In this document: in pieces, positions 9,550 through 18,947 of the stretch
How the letters are laid out: each line of letters opens with the position of its first letter
Numbering within the stretch: position 1 is the first letter of the stretch
DNA from: Nannocystales bacterium
Lineage (GTDB): Bacteria; Myxococcota_A; Polyangia; Nannocystales; Nannocystaceae
Assembly: GCA_050633305.1 (NCBI GenBank)
Contig: JBOEGF010000018.1
Span: 448,001-512,000, forward strand
Length of the DNA stretch: 64,000 nucleotides
Direction: 5' to 3'
Notes under the pieces: generated by a model
Seen by the model: only the letters and a program-made list of their open reading frames with translations
What the model was told of the DNA's origin: nothing
The model's database searches: none
Made by a program: the position numbers and the translations under genes

Positions 9550-10716
9550 ATGAACGCACTGTCCGGGAACTTCAACTACCCCACGGCCTATCGCATCGGC
9601 GCGGGTCGCCTCCGTGAACTTCCCGGTGCATGTGCCGAGCTCGGCATGGCGCGGCCGCTCGTCGTCACCGACCCCGGTGTTGCGTCTCTGCCTTGGTTCG
9701 ATGCCGCGATGAAAGGCCTGGAGGACGCAGGCTTGGGCAGGGCGGCGTTCAGCGATGTGCACCCGAACCCGACAGGGTCCGACGTCGCCGCGGGGGTCAC
9801 CGCGTTCTTGGAGGGCGAGCACGACGGCATCGTCTTGATCGGCGGCGGCTCGGCGATGGACGTGGGCAAGTCGATCGCACTCGTCGCCCGCAACCCCGGC
9901 GACGTGTTTGCGTACGAGGACGTGGGGGACAACTGGACCCATGCCGACCCTGCGAAGGTCGCCCCGATGCTCGCGGTCCCCACGACCGCTGGCACCGGGT
10001 CCGAGGTTGGGCGAGCCGGGGTGATCGTCGACGAACGCGACCACGGGAAGAAGATCATCTTTCACCCCAAGATGCAGCCTGGGTTGGTCATCGCCGATCC
10101 CGAGGTGACGCTCGGCCTCCCCGCGGGCCTCACCGCCGCGACGGGCATGGACGCGCTTGCCCACTGCTTTGAAGCCTTCTGTGCGCCTGGCTACCACCCC
10201 ATGGCCGACGGGATCGCGCTCGAGGGGATGCGCCTGGTTGCGGAATTTTTGCCGCGCGCTTTCGCGAACGGGAGCGACTTGGAAGCTCGGACCCACATGA
10301 TGATGGCGGCCTCCATGGGGGCGACCGCGTTCCAAAAAGGGCTGGGTCTGGTTCATGCGCTCAGCCATCCGGTTGGGGGGGCGACGGGCCTTCACCACGG
10401 CACGGCAAACGCGATCTTCTTGCCCTACGTCATGGTGTTCAACCGCGACGTGATCGAATCGCGCATGGAGCGATTGGCGGGGTTTCTTCAGCTTCCCACG
10501 CGCGGATTCGATGGGGTGATGGAGTGGATGTTGGCGTTGAGGTCGGACCTGGGTATGCCTCACACCCTTGCAGCTGCGAGCGGCTTTGATGCCGCGATGG
10601 CTGCGCGGCTCGCTCCCGCCGCTGTCGCGGACCCGTCGATGGGGACCAATGCGAAGCCTGCGGATGCGTCGCAGTGTGAGGCGGTGTTTCTCGCGGCGCT
10701 ATCCGGAACGCTCTAA
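9550..10716 (+). CDS. Iron-containing alcohol dehydrogenase
   Basis: IGGGSAMDVGK, PTTAGTGSE, TGMDALAHCFE, GLVHALSH, HHGTANA. Confidence 0.95.
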   Translation: MNALSGNFNYPTAYRIGAGRLRELPGACAELGMARPLVVTDPGVASLPWFDAAMKGLEDAGLGRAAFSDVHPNPTGSDVAAGVTAFLEGEHDGIVLIGGGSAMDVGKSIALVARNPGDVFAYEDVGDNWTHADPAKVAPMLAVPTTAGTGSEVGRAGVIVDERDHGKKIIFHPKMQPGLVIADPEVTLGLPAGLTAATGMDALAHCFEAFCAPGYHPMADGIALEGMRLVAEFLPRAFANGSDLEARTHMMMAASMGATAFQKGLGLVHALSHPVGGATGLHHGTANAIFLPYVMVFNRDVIESRMERLAGFLQLPTRGFDGVMEWMLALRSDLGMPHTLAAASGFDAAMAARLAPAAVADPSMGTNAKPADASQCEAVFLAALSGTL

Positions 10717-10820
10717 CGTGGGGCGGCTCGCGCCATCGGCACGGGGATGCGTTGGGTCTACGCAAGTCCGGCTCCCGGGTCTATATTGTCGGCCTGGTGC
10801 GCCAAGGCGAGCGTCGAAAC

Positions 10821-12113
10821 ATGTTGCGGGCACTGTCGGGTCCGCTTGCCGGGGCCACCTTCGAGGTGGGCCCACGGGTGCTCATCGGTCGGATGGCAGC
10901 CTGCGACGTTCAGATCGTTGACGTCGAGGTTTCTCGCGAGCACGCGATGATCGTGACCCACGATCGCCAGCCCACGTTGGTCGATCTCGACAGCCGCAAC
11001 GGCACGTACATCGACGGCGAGCGAGTACAACGGGTTCCGCTCCAAGCCGGCGACAAGTTCTCGATCGCGGGTTCGGAGTTCATCTACGACCGTGCCGCGC
11101 CGATCAGCACCACGCCCGTGTTGTCCACGCAGTTTGGCGTCGACCCCTCCGCCCCGCGTTCGCGCAGCGGGCAGGGCGAGGCACATCCAACTCGGGAAAC
11201 CGCCTCGGCGAAGCCCACGCGGTCCGAGGTCGGGGCCGTCGATGAGCGGGACACACAACGTGCGATGGCTGCGGCCAAGGATGCTCCGCCGGTTCCTGCT
11301 CCCGTTGCAGATCCGGCCACTCCCTCGAAGCCCCCGGCCGTGTCTCGTCCGACGGTCCGCCTCGAAGCCGCCACGGCTCCCGCGGCGCCGACGGAAGCGG
11401 AAGACAAGGCCACTGTGCAGATTCGGGCTGCGAAGGGACCAACGGCGCCGCAGGCCGAGCATGCGGCTCGTGCGACAGCATCGCTCGCGGCACTCGCTGC
11501 GACGCCCAAAGCCCCCGAGCCGCCTCCTTCGTTCACGCCGCCGCCGGTCCCGACCGAGCGGGTCGCTACGGCGCGGGCGCCAGGACCGAGCAAGACCTCC
11601 CTCGGTGCCTACAATGGGGACCTGTTCAAGGACATCACCGCCTATCGGTCGTTTCGGCTCCAGCTCCAGCGCGGGGAGATGCCATCCGGCGAGGAAGTTT
11701 CCGCGATGATCGACCTTGAAGCGGAGCTCCGGGAGCCGGTCGAGACCGACCCGCGACGCGACGTCGTCACCAAGAGATTCTTCCGCCGGTTTCCGTTTGC
11801 CACATCCTTGCAGGCTCGGTTCTCGACGTCGGGGCGAATGGTCACCGCCGAGGGGACGACGACCAACCTTTCAGCGGACGGCCTTCAGTGCTCCTTGGAA
11901 CTCGGGAAGTTCTCTCCGAAGCCCGAGCAACTCGCGATGCTGGTGATCGAGCACGAACGCGATGGCGTTGAGGTTCGCTACTCGGTCACGGCGCGGGTGG
12001 TGTGGTCTCGCAACCGCGTCGCAGGGTTTGTGTTTGCCGGCGTGCCCAGCTGGAGCGAGCGGGGAGACTTCGACGACGTCGACACCGCGGTTCGGACCCA
12101 CCCGATGGCCTGA
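10821..12113 (+). CDS. FHA-domain protein with Pro/Ala linker and C-terminal PilZ-like domain
   Basis: FHA motifs IGR / VSREHA / SRNGT; C-terminal RFFRR (RxxxR) and NLSADG (NxSxxG), then ARVVW. Confidence 0.85.
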   Translation: MLRALSGPLAGATFEVGPRVLIGRMAACDVQIVDVEVSREHAMIVTHDRQPTLVDLDSRNGTYIDGERVQRVPLQAGDKFSIAGSEFIYDRAAPISTTPVLSTQFGVDPSAPRSRSGQGEAHPTRETASAKPTRSEVGAVDERDTQRAMAAAKDAPPVPAPVADPATPSKPPAVSRPTVRLEAATAPAAPTEAEDKATVQIRAAKGPTAPQAEHAARATASLAALAATPKAPEPPPSFTPPPVPTERVATARAPGPSKTSLGAYNGDLFKDITAYRSFRLQLQRGEMPSGEEVSAMIDLEAELREPVETDPRRDVVTKRFFRRFPFATSLQARFSTSGRMVTAEGTTTNLSADGLQCSLELGKFSPKPEQLAMLVIEHERDGVEVRYSVTARVVWSRNRVAGFVFAGVPSWSERGDFDDVDTAVRTHPMA

Positions 12114-12159
12114 GTTCGTCTCGGGCCTGGTCGCCCGTGCGCGAACGCTGGGCGGAGTG

Positions 12160-12693
12160 TCACGGGCGTCGAAGGGCGGCGGAGTGGGCGACGAACGATC
12201 CTGCTGCGGCCGGGTCATGGCTGAGCTCGAGGCTCACGGGGGTGTCCTCGTACAGCGCATCGACGACCGCATCGCAGACCTCGGAGGTGGCGCACCGGGC
12301 TCGGGTCTGCCCCACGAGTTCGAAGGTGGACGAGTCGACGCGCTCGACGAACTCCGGCGGAAGATCGATCTTGAACCGTGCGGTCTCGTCGACGGACTCT
12401 TCGGTGACGACCTCGATCAGATCGAAGCTCGGGATCTCTCCGGCGGCCGGGGCCACGAGCGCGCGGAGCTCGTACTCGGTTCCCCACTGATGCTCGAACC
12501 CGGCGATGTCGCGGGCGTGTGTGATGCCCGGCGGATCGCTCTGCACCACCCGGAGGCAGTAGCCGGGCTGCCCATCGGGGCAGGGTTCGCGAAAGTGATC
12601 GACACGTAGCGTGACCTCCTGCGGTGGCTCCAGATCACAGGCGGTCAGTCCGAGTGCGGTCAGCATGCCGAAGGTGAGTACGAGTCTGCGCAT
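12160..12693 (-). CDS. Lipoprotein, DUF4377-like
   Basis: Lipobox LTAC; VDHFREPC...CLRV...IAGFEHQWGTEYEL resembles DUF4377. Confidence 0.75.
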   Translation of the reverse strand: MRRLVLTFGMLTALGLTACDLEPPQEVTLRVDHFREPCPDGQPGYCLRVVQSDPPGITHARDIAGFEHQWGTEYELRALVAPAAGEIPSFDLIEVVTEESVDETARFKIDLPPEFVERVDSSTFELVGQTRARCATSEVCDAVVDALYEDTPVSLELSHDPAAAGSFVAHSAALRRP

Positions 12694-12713
12694 GGCGAAG
12701 TACCCACTACCTG

Positions 12714-12729
12714 TGCAACGCGTGTGCCA
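12714..12729 (-). promoter_or_regulatory. Sigma-54 (-24/-12) promoter of the DUF4377-like lipoprotein gene
   Basis: Minus strand TGGCACACGCGTTGCA = TGGCAC-N5-TTGCA with exact GG-N10-GC spacing, 20 nt upstream of ATG 12693. Confidence 0.75.
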
Positions 12730-12893
12730 CGGTCCCGCGGCGCAGGCGAACACTCTCGGAGGGGGCCATCACAGCTGCTCTGCGAGGGTTCGAGGCGGAT
12801 CGCCCCAGCGCGGCGCTTGCCTCGGAACCGGACAGTGATGTCGCGACACGAGGCGACCCGTGGCGGCGCTGTCATGGCCGACGCCCGCCGGGA

Positions 12894-14786
12894 CTATCGC
12901 CGCGTAAAGGCGAACGCGGCGTTCTTCGAGCGCAGGGTCATGCCACGCGCGTCTTTGGACTCATCGAGGTTGAACATCACTCGGTTGCCGGAGTGGTCCT
13001 TGAAGAAGAACTGGCCCCGCCCCATTGGGTGCATCCATGTGAGTCCATGTCCGGGAACGTCGAAGTACAGCCGGTCTCCGGACGCACGCACATGCACCGT
13101 CTGCAGCATGGCGAACCGTTCTGGGTCGGTCAGTTCGGCGAAACGCGACCACGTGTCTTCCGTCAGCCGATACGTGCCCACATAGCGGTCGTACGTGCTG
13201 GGGGCGATCTTGACCTCGTGGGCTTCGCGACGGCGCTCGGGCTCGTCGCCGTAGACGAGCATCGCGACGTCTTGTGCAACGCGGCTCGCTGGCACGACCT
13301 CGGTGTTGCATAGGACCAACACGGTGGTCTCGTCCTCAACGAAGTAGATGAGTGACCCGTTGAAGCCATCGATGGCAGCGGGGAAGCTCAGGACCGTTTG
13401 GCCGTACCCATGGTCGACCGCGAGGCCGTACCCGTAGCCATGCTCGGACGCGCTGACCATCTCCTCAAGGCTAGAGGCTTCGAGAATCTTGCCGCCGTGC
13501 AGTGCTGCGTTCCACTTGACGAGGTCGGTTGGCGAGGACACCAAGCCACCTGCGCCCCCGAAGACCGACATGTGGATTGGGTCGGGCGGGTCGAGCAACT
13601 CTTCGTCGTTCCAGACCCGGCCGTGGGCTTGCTCTCCCGAGTCGTACGCGTCTCCGTATGTGGATTGCGTCATGCCCGCGGGCACAAACAGGTTGCGCCG
13701 AACGTAGTCGCCAAACGCCATGCCCGACGCCTTCTCAACCACCGCGCCGAGGAGGTAGTAGTTGGCGTTGGAGGGGCTGAAGTCGGTGCCGGGCTTGAAC
13801 TCGAGCGGGAGGGACGAGAACCGCCCGATCAGCTGCTCGGTCGTATGCGCCTCATCCTTCCAGGTGTGGAAGTAGGGGAGCGCGGTGTAGTTGGGGATGC
13901 CGGAGGTGTGCCGCAGCAGCTGCCCGACCGTGATCTCTTCGCCGCGGGGGTAGTTGGATACGAAGCGGGAGATCGGCTGGTCGAGCGAGAGTTCCCCGCG
14001 GTCGCGCAACTGCAGCACCGCCGCGGCCGTGAACTGCTCGGTCAGCAACCCCAAGCGGTACCGGGTACCGACGGTGTTCGGGACGGTGTCTTCGGCGTCG
14101 GCCCACCCAAAGCCTTGGCCCGAAATGATCTCACCGTGGCGAGCGACGACGATCGACCCATGGAACTTGAAGGCCGGGCCCCAGTCCGCGCCGTAGTCCG
14201 AGACGATGCTCGCAACCGACGTGGCGAGGTCGTCGGGAATCGGAGTCCCGGGGGTGCCGGTTTCGCGGAACTGCGGACGGCCGAGCGAGTCGGGCTCGGC
14301 GTACAGAGAGTCGGCCGTGTCGGGAGTGCCGTCCGTGGCGACAGCGGCGAGCGTGTCCGGGTAGGGGCCTGGGTCGAGCGCGTAGGCACCCGCACCAGCC
14401 AGGCCGACGCCGAGCAGAAGCCCTGCGGCGATCCGGCCCCACGGGCGCCGTGGCTGCACGTCGTCCAGACCCCCAACGTCTACCGAGGTACGGGACGTGG
14501 GGGAGGAGGTTGAGTCGGTCGACGCATCATCGGCGAGTCGAAGCTCAGACGACGTCTCCGCGGCCATCACCTTGGCGGCAAAGCTATCGCCCACCAATTG
14601 CTCGACCAGCGTCTCCATGGCGGGGTCGGAGCGCCACGCATCCAGGGCGTAGCCTTCGAGCTCGTCGAGGTCCATGGACATGCCCACGCCCGACTCGAGC
14701 GGAAGACCACCAAGGAGGTCCTGTGCGTCGGTCCCCTCTGGCTCCTGGCCGAGATCCGGGGTTTGAGGGTCGCCGTCCTTATGCAT
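12894..14786 (-). CDS. Putative anti-sigma factor: cytoplasmic N-terminus, one TM, catalytically degenerate beta-lactamase-family domain, DUF3471-like tail
   Basis: N-terminal ALDAW...DSFAAKVM, TM IAAGLLLGVGLAGAGAYAL, scaffold motifs QLLRHTSGI, LEFKPG and GAGGLVSS; catalytic motifs replaced; start overlaps the ECF sigma stop by 8 nt. Confidence 0.85.
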   Translation of the reverse strand: MHKDGDPQTPDLGQEPEGTDAQDLLGGLPLESGVGMSMDLDELEGYALDAWRSDPAMETLVEQLVGDSFAAKVMAAETSSELRLADDASTDSTSSPTSRTSVDVGGLDDVQPRRPWGRIAAGLLLGVGLAGAGAYALDPGPYPDTLAAVATDGTPDTADSLYAEPDSLGRPQFRETGTPGTPIPDDLATSVASIVSDYGADWGPAFKFHGSIVVARHGEIISGQGFGWADAEDTVPNTVGTRYRLGLLTEQFTAAAVLQLRDRGELSLDQPISRFVSNYPRGEEITVGQLLRHTSGIPNYTALPYFHTWKDEAHTTEQLIGRFSSLPLEFKPGTDFSPSNANYYLLGAVVEKASGMAFGDYVRRNLFVPAGMTQSTYGDAYDSGEQAHGRVWNDEELLDPPDPIHMSVFGGAGGLVSSPTDLVKWNAALHGGKILEASSLEEMVSASEHGYGYGLAVDHGYGQTVLSFPAAIDGFNGSLIYFVEDETTVLVLCNTEVVPASRVAQDVAMLVYGDEPERRREAHEVKIAPSTYDRYVGTYRLTEDTWSRFAELTDPERFAMLQTVHVRASGDRLYFDVPGHGLTWMHPMGRGQFFFKDHSGNRVMFNLDESKDARGMTLRSKNAAFAFTRR

Positions 14787-15372
14787 GGTAGACCTCCCCG
14801 AGCGCTTGGCGGAGTCGCTTGCGCGCCCGGTTGAGGCGCGACTTGACCGTACCCAAATCGATCCCTAGCGCGGCGGCGATCTCGGTGTACTCGAGGCCGT
14901 GATACTCGCGAAGGATAAAGGCGGCTCGGTACTCCGGGGCGAGCTCCTCGACGGCGCGAGCGATGACGTCCGCCAACATCTTGCGTTCGGCGGATTCGTC
15001 GGCGCGGGCCCGGGCTTCGAGGTGGGAGGCCGCTGGGCTCTCGAGAGGACGGGTGTCGAGTCTGCGGCGGCGAAGCTCGTCAATGGTGCGGTGGGAGGCG
15101 ATCGTCAGGATCCACGTGGACAGCCGCGCGGGGCCATTGCGGTCGAACTTGGGAAGCGCGCGGAATACGCGGAGGAAGGTCTCCTGGGCGACATCTTCGA
15201 CGAGCGCTGCTTCGCCGCGCCCCCGAAGCATGCGGGAGACGAGGGCGAGCACCGGTCGCTGGTAGCGCTCGACCAGAGCTCGTCGGGCTCGCGAGTTCCC
15301 GCGCTGTGCGCTCGCCACCGTGAGCTCGTCCAGCTCGGGGTTACGCGGCGGTTGCGGGCGGCGCGGGGGCAT
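14779..15372 (-). CDS. ECF-family sigma-70 factor
   Basis: EDVAQETFLRVFRAL, LSTWILTIA, LEYTEIAAALGIDLGTVKSRLNRAR; alternative start at 15459. Confidence 0.95.
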   Translation of the reverse strand: MPPRRPQPPRNPELDELTVASAQRGNSRARRALVERYQRPVLALVSRMLRGRGEAALVEDVAQETFLRVFRALPKFDRNGPARLSTWILTIASHRTIDELRRRRLDTRPLESPAASHLEARARADESAERKMLADVIARAVEELAPEYRAAFILREYHGLEYTEIAAALGIDLGTVKSRLNRARKRLRQALGEVYHA

Positions 15373-15565
15373 CGCTTGAACCTGATGAGCCGGGGTCAAC
15401 GCCTCTGGTTCACGGCGCGGCGGGCTGGGTGTTCCCGCTTTGAGCACAAATGTGTCCATGAAGGTCGAAGTGGGGCGGTTCGAAGGCGAGCCTCAGACGT
15501 AGGAAACGTGATCTGGACTCGCGGTTCGCGCAAATCAAGCTGGTTTCGGTATCCTGCGCCGGCCC

Positions 15566-17323
15566 GTGAGCACCCGCCAAGCATGGAGCGCTGTTGGCCT
15601 GCTGGCGTTGATGCTGGTGCTGTTGAGGCTCCCGACCCTCGACACCGGGCTCCACATGGACGACATCGCCCAGCGCGCGATGGTGGACGGCGCCTATCCA
15701 GCAGCGCGTTCCCCGTGGGACCTCTACACGTTCTCGACCGGGGAGGTGCAGGAAGTCGCCGGGCTCAAGCGAGCTGGGGCGCTCCCGTGGTGGTCGGACC
15801 CACAGCTACGGCTGAGCGCCCTTCGACCGCTCGCCAGCGTGTTGGTTTGGGTCGACGCGACCATGCTCGATCCCAAGGCCGCACATGTGCACTCGCTGCT
15901 GTGGTGGTTGGCGATGTTGGCCGCGCTTGGCTGGGCGCTCGTACCGATCCTTGGCGGGCGGTGGGCGTGGCTCGCGATTGCGTTGTACGGCCTCGATGAT
16001 GCGCATGCCCTCCCGCTGGCGTGGCTTGCGAACCGTGCCGCAATCCTCAGCGGCGCGTTCGGGTGGGTGGTGCTCGGGTTGTACGTGCGTGCTTCCACGG
16101 GGCGGACATCACCTCGCACGGCGTGGCTCGCCGCGGCGACGATCGCCTGCGTATCCGCGGGGGAGTACGGCTTGTCCGCGCTCGCGTACGTCGGCGCTTA
16201 CGCGGTCGTATTGGATCGCCGCCCCTGGCAAGCGCGACTACGTGCCGTGGCACCCGTGCTGATCCCTGCTGGCGCTTACCTGGTGTTGCATCGTGTCGGT
16301 GGGTTTGGGGCGGAGTACTCGGGCGTCTACATCGATCCGGCGGCCGAACCGATGGCGTTCGCCGGAGCGGTGTTGGAGAGGAGTCCTCGGTTGCTCCTCG
16401 ACATGGCCACGGGGATCCCGTTGCTCTTGTTGGAGGGATGGTCGTTGGCCGGGATTTGGGCGGTTGCGATCCTCGCGGTCGGCGGAGGGGGGCTGCTCGT
16501 CCGGTGGTTGCATCCGCAAGCTGATCGCCGCCGTATCGTCGTGTGGGCTCTGGTCGCAGCGGTCGTTGCTGTTGTCCCTGTCTGCGCATCGTTTCTCTCG
16601 GAGCGACTCACGGTGCTGGCTTCGGTGGGGGTTCACGTTGTGAGCGCGGCAGTGTTGCTCGGTGCGTTGGAGAGAATCTCCGAGCGCAGACGCCACGCGA
16701 GTACGGTCGTCGCCGGGGCGGTGACGGTCGGGTTGTTGTTCGGGCACGTCTGGGTTGCGCCGCATTCGTCCGCCGCGAAGGTGGAGGCCCTCACACGCTT
16801 CAACGCGGCTGGGCTTGCGCTGGCCGAAGCGATGCCGGTGGATGACGTTCACGCCCGCGAAGAACGGTGGGTCTTGCTCGCGGCCGGGGATCCGATGATG
16901 CTCGTGTACCCGCCGCACCTACGAGCGATGACCGGCCATCCGCGGCCCGAAGCGTGGACGGTGCTTACGCTCGCGAGCGGTCCGCTGTCGATGAAACGCA
17001 TCTCTCCGGTTGCGCTCGAGATCACGGCAGCGTCCGGGTGGATGCAGACCCCGCTCGAACGCTTCTTTCGCCGGAGTGACCGTCCGCTGCGTCTGGGGGC
17101 GCGTGAAGGGTTCGATGGAATGCAGGCCGAGGTGACGCAGGTCGAGGAAGGAGTCCCCAAGACCGTTCGCTTTACGTTCGATCGACCGCTTCACGACCCG
17201 AGCCTGCGCTTCATGAGCGTGGGCATGCGGGGGGTGTTTCGGTACCCATTGGCGGGGAGCGGAGCCACCATGCCCCTCGCTCGTGGTGCGGACGCCATCG
17301 CCGCCGCGGCAGGAATCCCCTGA
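15566..17323 (+). CDS. Polytopic membrane protein, possible GT-C-fold glycosyltransferase
   Basis: Many hydrophobic segments; LHMDD acidic pair after TM1 and RPL motif; soluble C-terminal domain; GTG start. Confidence 0.6.
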   Translation: MSTRQAWSAVGLLALMLVLLRLPTLDTGLHMDDIAQRAMVDGAYPAARSPWDLYTFSTGEVQEVAGLKRAGALPWWSDPQLRLSALRPLASVLVWVDATMLDPKAAHVHSLLWWLAMLAALGWALVPILGGRWAWLAIALYGLDDAHALPLAWLANRAAILSGAFGWVVLGLYVRASTGRTSPRTAWLAAATIACVSAGEYGLSALAYVGAYAVVLDRRPWQARLRAVAPVLIPAGAYLVLHRVGGFGAEYSGVYIDPAAEPMAFAGAVLERSPRLLLDMATGIPLLLLEGWSLAGIWAVAILAVGGGGLLVRWLHPQADRRRIVVWALVAAVVAVVPVCASFLSERLTVLASVGVHVVSAAVLLGALERISERRRHASTVVAGAVTVGLLFGHVWVAPHSSAAKVEALTRFNAAGLALAEAMPVDDVHAREERWVLLAAGDPMMLVYPPHLRAMTGHPRPEAWTVLTLASGPLSMKRISPVALEITAASGWMQTPLERFFRRSDRPLRLGAREGFDGMQAEVTQVEEGVPKTVRFTFDRPLHDPSLRFMSVGMRGVFRYPLAGSGATMPLARGADAIAAAAGIP

Positions 17324-17390
17324 GCCCGTGCAGCACGGGCACGGGGCCCCGCGCGGCTTCTCCTGCGGACTGTTAGAGTTGGCGAGCGCG

Positions 17391-18710
17391 ATGACCGACG
17401 AACGCAAGATCCCGCGCGGGCGCCTTAGCCGCGTAGCCAAGCTCGCTCGAGCAGGGGCGACCTCGGGGCTCGCAATGCTGCGCTCCAAGAGTGCGACCGG
17501 AGCGGCGGACAAAGTCGCCGGCATGCTGGGGGAGATGCGGGGGGTCGCCACGAAAGTCGGCCAAATGGCCAGCTATGTCGATGGGCTCATCCCGCCGGAA
17601 CACGCCGAGGCGTTCGAACGCAGCATGTCGAAACTGCGAGCGGGTGCCCCCAGAAGCTCGGCCTCCGACATCCGCCGCACGTTGACCGAGGACCTCGGCG
17701 CGCCGCCCGAGGACCTGTTCTCGTCGTGGGAAGACGTTCCGATTGCCAGCGCATCGATCGGGCAAGTTCACCGTGCAACCTTGCTCGACGGTCGAGCGGT
17801 GGCGGTCAAGGTTCAGCATCCTGGAATCGCCGAGGCGATGGAGGCGGACATGCGCAACGCAAGCCTCATGGACTTTGGCTCACGAGCGTTCGGGTTCGGG
17901 AAGTTCGAGGTCGGTCGCTTGGTCGACGAAGCGAAGGCGCGGTTTCGGGAGGAACTCGACTACGGCCTCGAGCGTGCGCGGTACGAACGATTTGCGACGC
18001 TCCACGCCTCCGACCCCAAGGTCGTCATTCCCGAGGTGATCTCGGAGCGCTGTTCCTCGCGAGTCCTGACCACCGCGTTTGTCGAGGGCATCGACTTCGA
18101 CCGAGCCTGCGAGGCCTCCGAGTCGGACCGCCGCGCCTGGGCGCAGACGCAGTGGCGGTTCGTCTACGGCTCGATCATGCTCGGCGGCATCTTCAACGCG
18201 GACCCGCATCCTGGCAACTATCGGTTCTTGCCCGACGGTGCGGTCGGCTTCCTCGACTTCGGGTGTGTCCAGGAGATCAACAACTACAACCGAAGGCGGA
18301 TCGTTGCCGGACACGTGTCCTTGGCCGAGGGGAGCTTCGACGGATTCGAGGTCGCGATGGCCGAGATGCTCGCCGCCCAAGATGGCACCCACCGTCGCGA
18401 GATGGCGAGCTACATGCGACATGCTGTCTCACCGCTGCTCGAGTCTCCGTTTCGGATCACCCGGGAGTTTGCCGGCGAGGTGGTCCGGCGGTTCCGGTCG
18501 ATGGCGAAGTCCATGATCAGCTTGTCGGGCTCGGACTACGCGGCGATGCCCGAGGGGATCCTCTTCCTCAACCGACTTCAGTTTGGCTTTTATTCGGTCC
18601 TGGCCAGACTCGACGTGCAAGCCGACTACGCCGCCGTGGAGCGGTCGTTCTTGGACGAGGCGCAGGACGCAGTGCGCGACCTGCCGGACTCCAAAGCACG
18701 ACGGGGGTAA
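17391..18710 (+). CDS. ABC1/AarF/UbiB-family atypical kinase
   Basis: TKVGQM, ASASIGQVH, VAVKVQHP, EELDY, NADPHPGN, LDFG. Confidence 0.93.
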   Translation: MTDERKIPRGRLSRVAKLARAGATSGLAMLRSKSATGAADKVAGMLGEMRGVATKVGQMASYVDGLIPPEHAEAFERSMSKLRAGAPRSSASDIRRTLTEDLGAPPEDLFSSWEDVPIASASIGQVHRATLLDGRAVAVKVQHPGIAEAMEADMRNASLMDFGSRAFGFGKFEVGRLVDEAKARFREELDYGLERARYERFATLHASDPKVVIPEVISERCSSRVLTTAFVEGIDFDRACEASESDRRAWAQTQWRFVYGSIMLGGIFNADPHPGNYRFLPDGAVGFLDFGCVQEINNYNRRRIVAGHVSLAEGSFDGFEVAMAEMLAAQDGTHRREMASYMRHAVSPLLESPFRITREFAGEVVRRFRSMAKSMISLSGSDYAAMPEGILFLNRLQFGFYSVLARLDVQADYAAVERSFLDEAQDAVRDLPDSKARRG

Positions 18711-18947
18711 CCCCTCGGTTTGCGGCCCAGATCACGCGAAGCGTCCCCGCGGTCGGCTCGGCATGCAACCTTTTGGCTGCTGCGGCGACTCTCTACGTGA
18801 TGGCTCCTGTGGCTCTGTGCGCTCCCTTCCGGCACGACAAAGGTGTCGCGGTGTTGCCCTGTGAACACACTGTTCGCACTGCAAACGCGACGAAAACGGA
18901 CCGCTTGCCGTTGCATCGTTTCCTCCAGCAGGGACGTCGAACCTGAC

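Noticed and set aside
15500..15530. Autoregulatory ECF promoter GAACC...CGTT upstream of the sigma gene (minus strand)
   Set aside because: The spacer looks 1-2 nt short and the group consensus is unknown; cannot be supported by eye.
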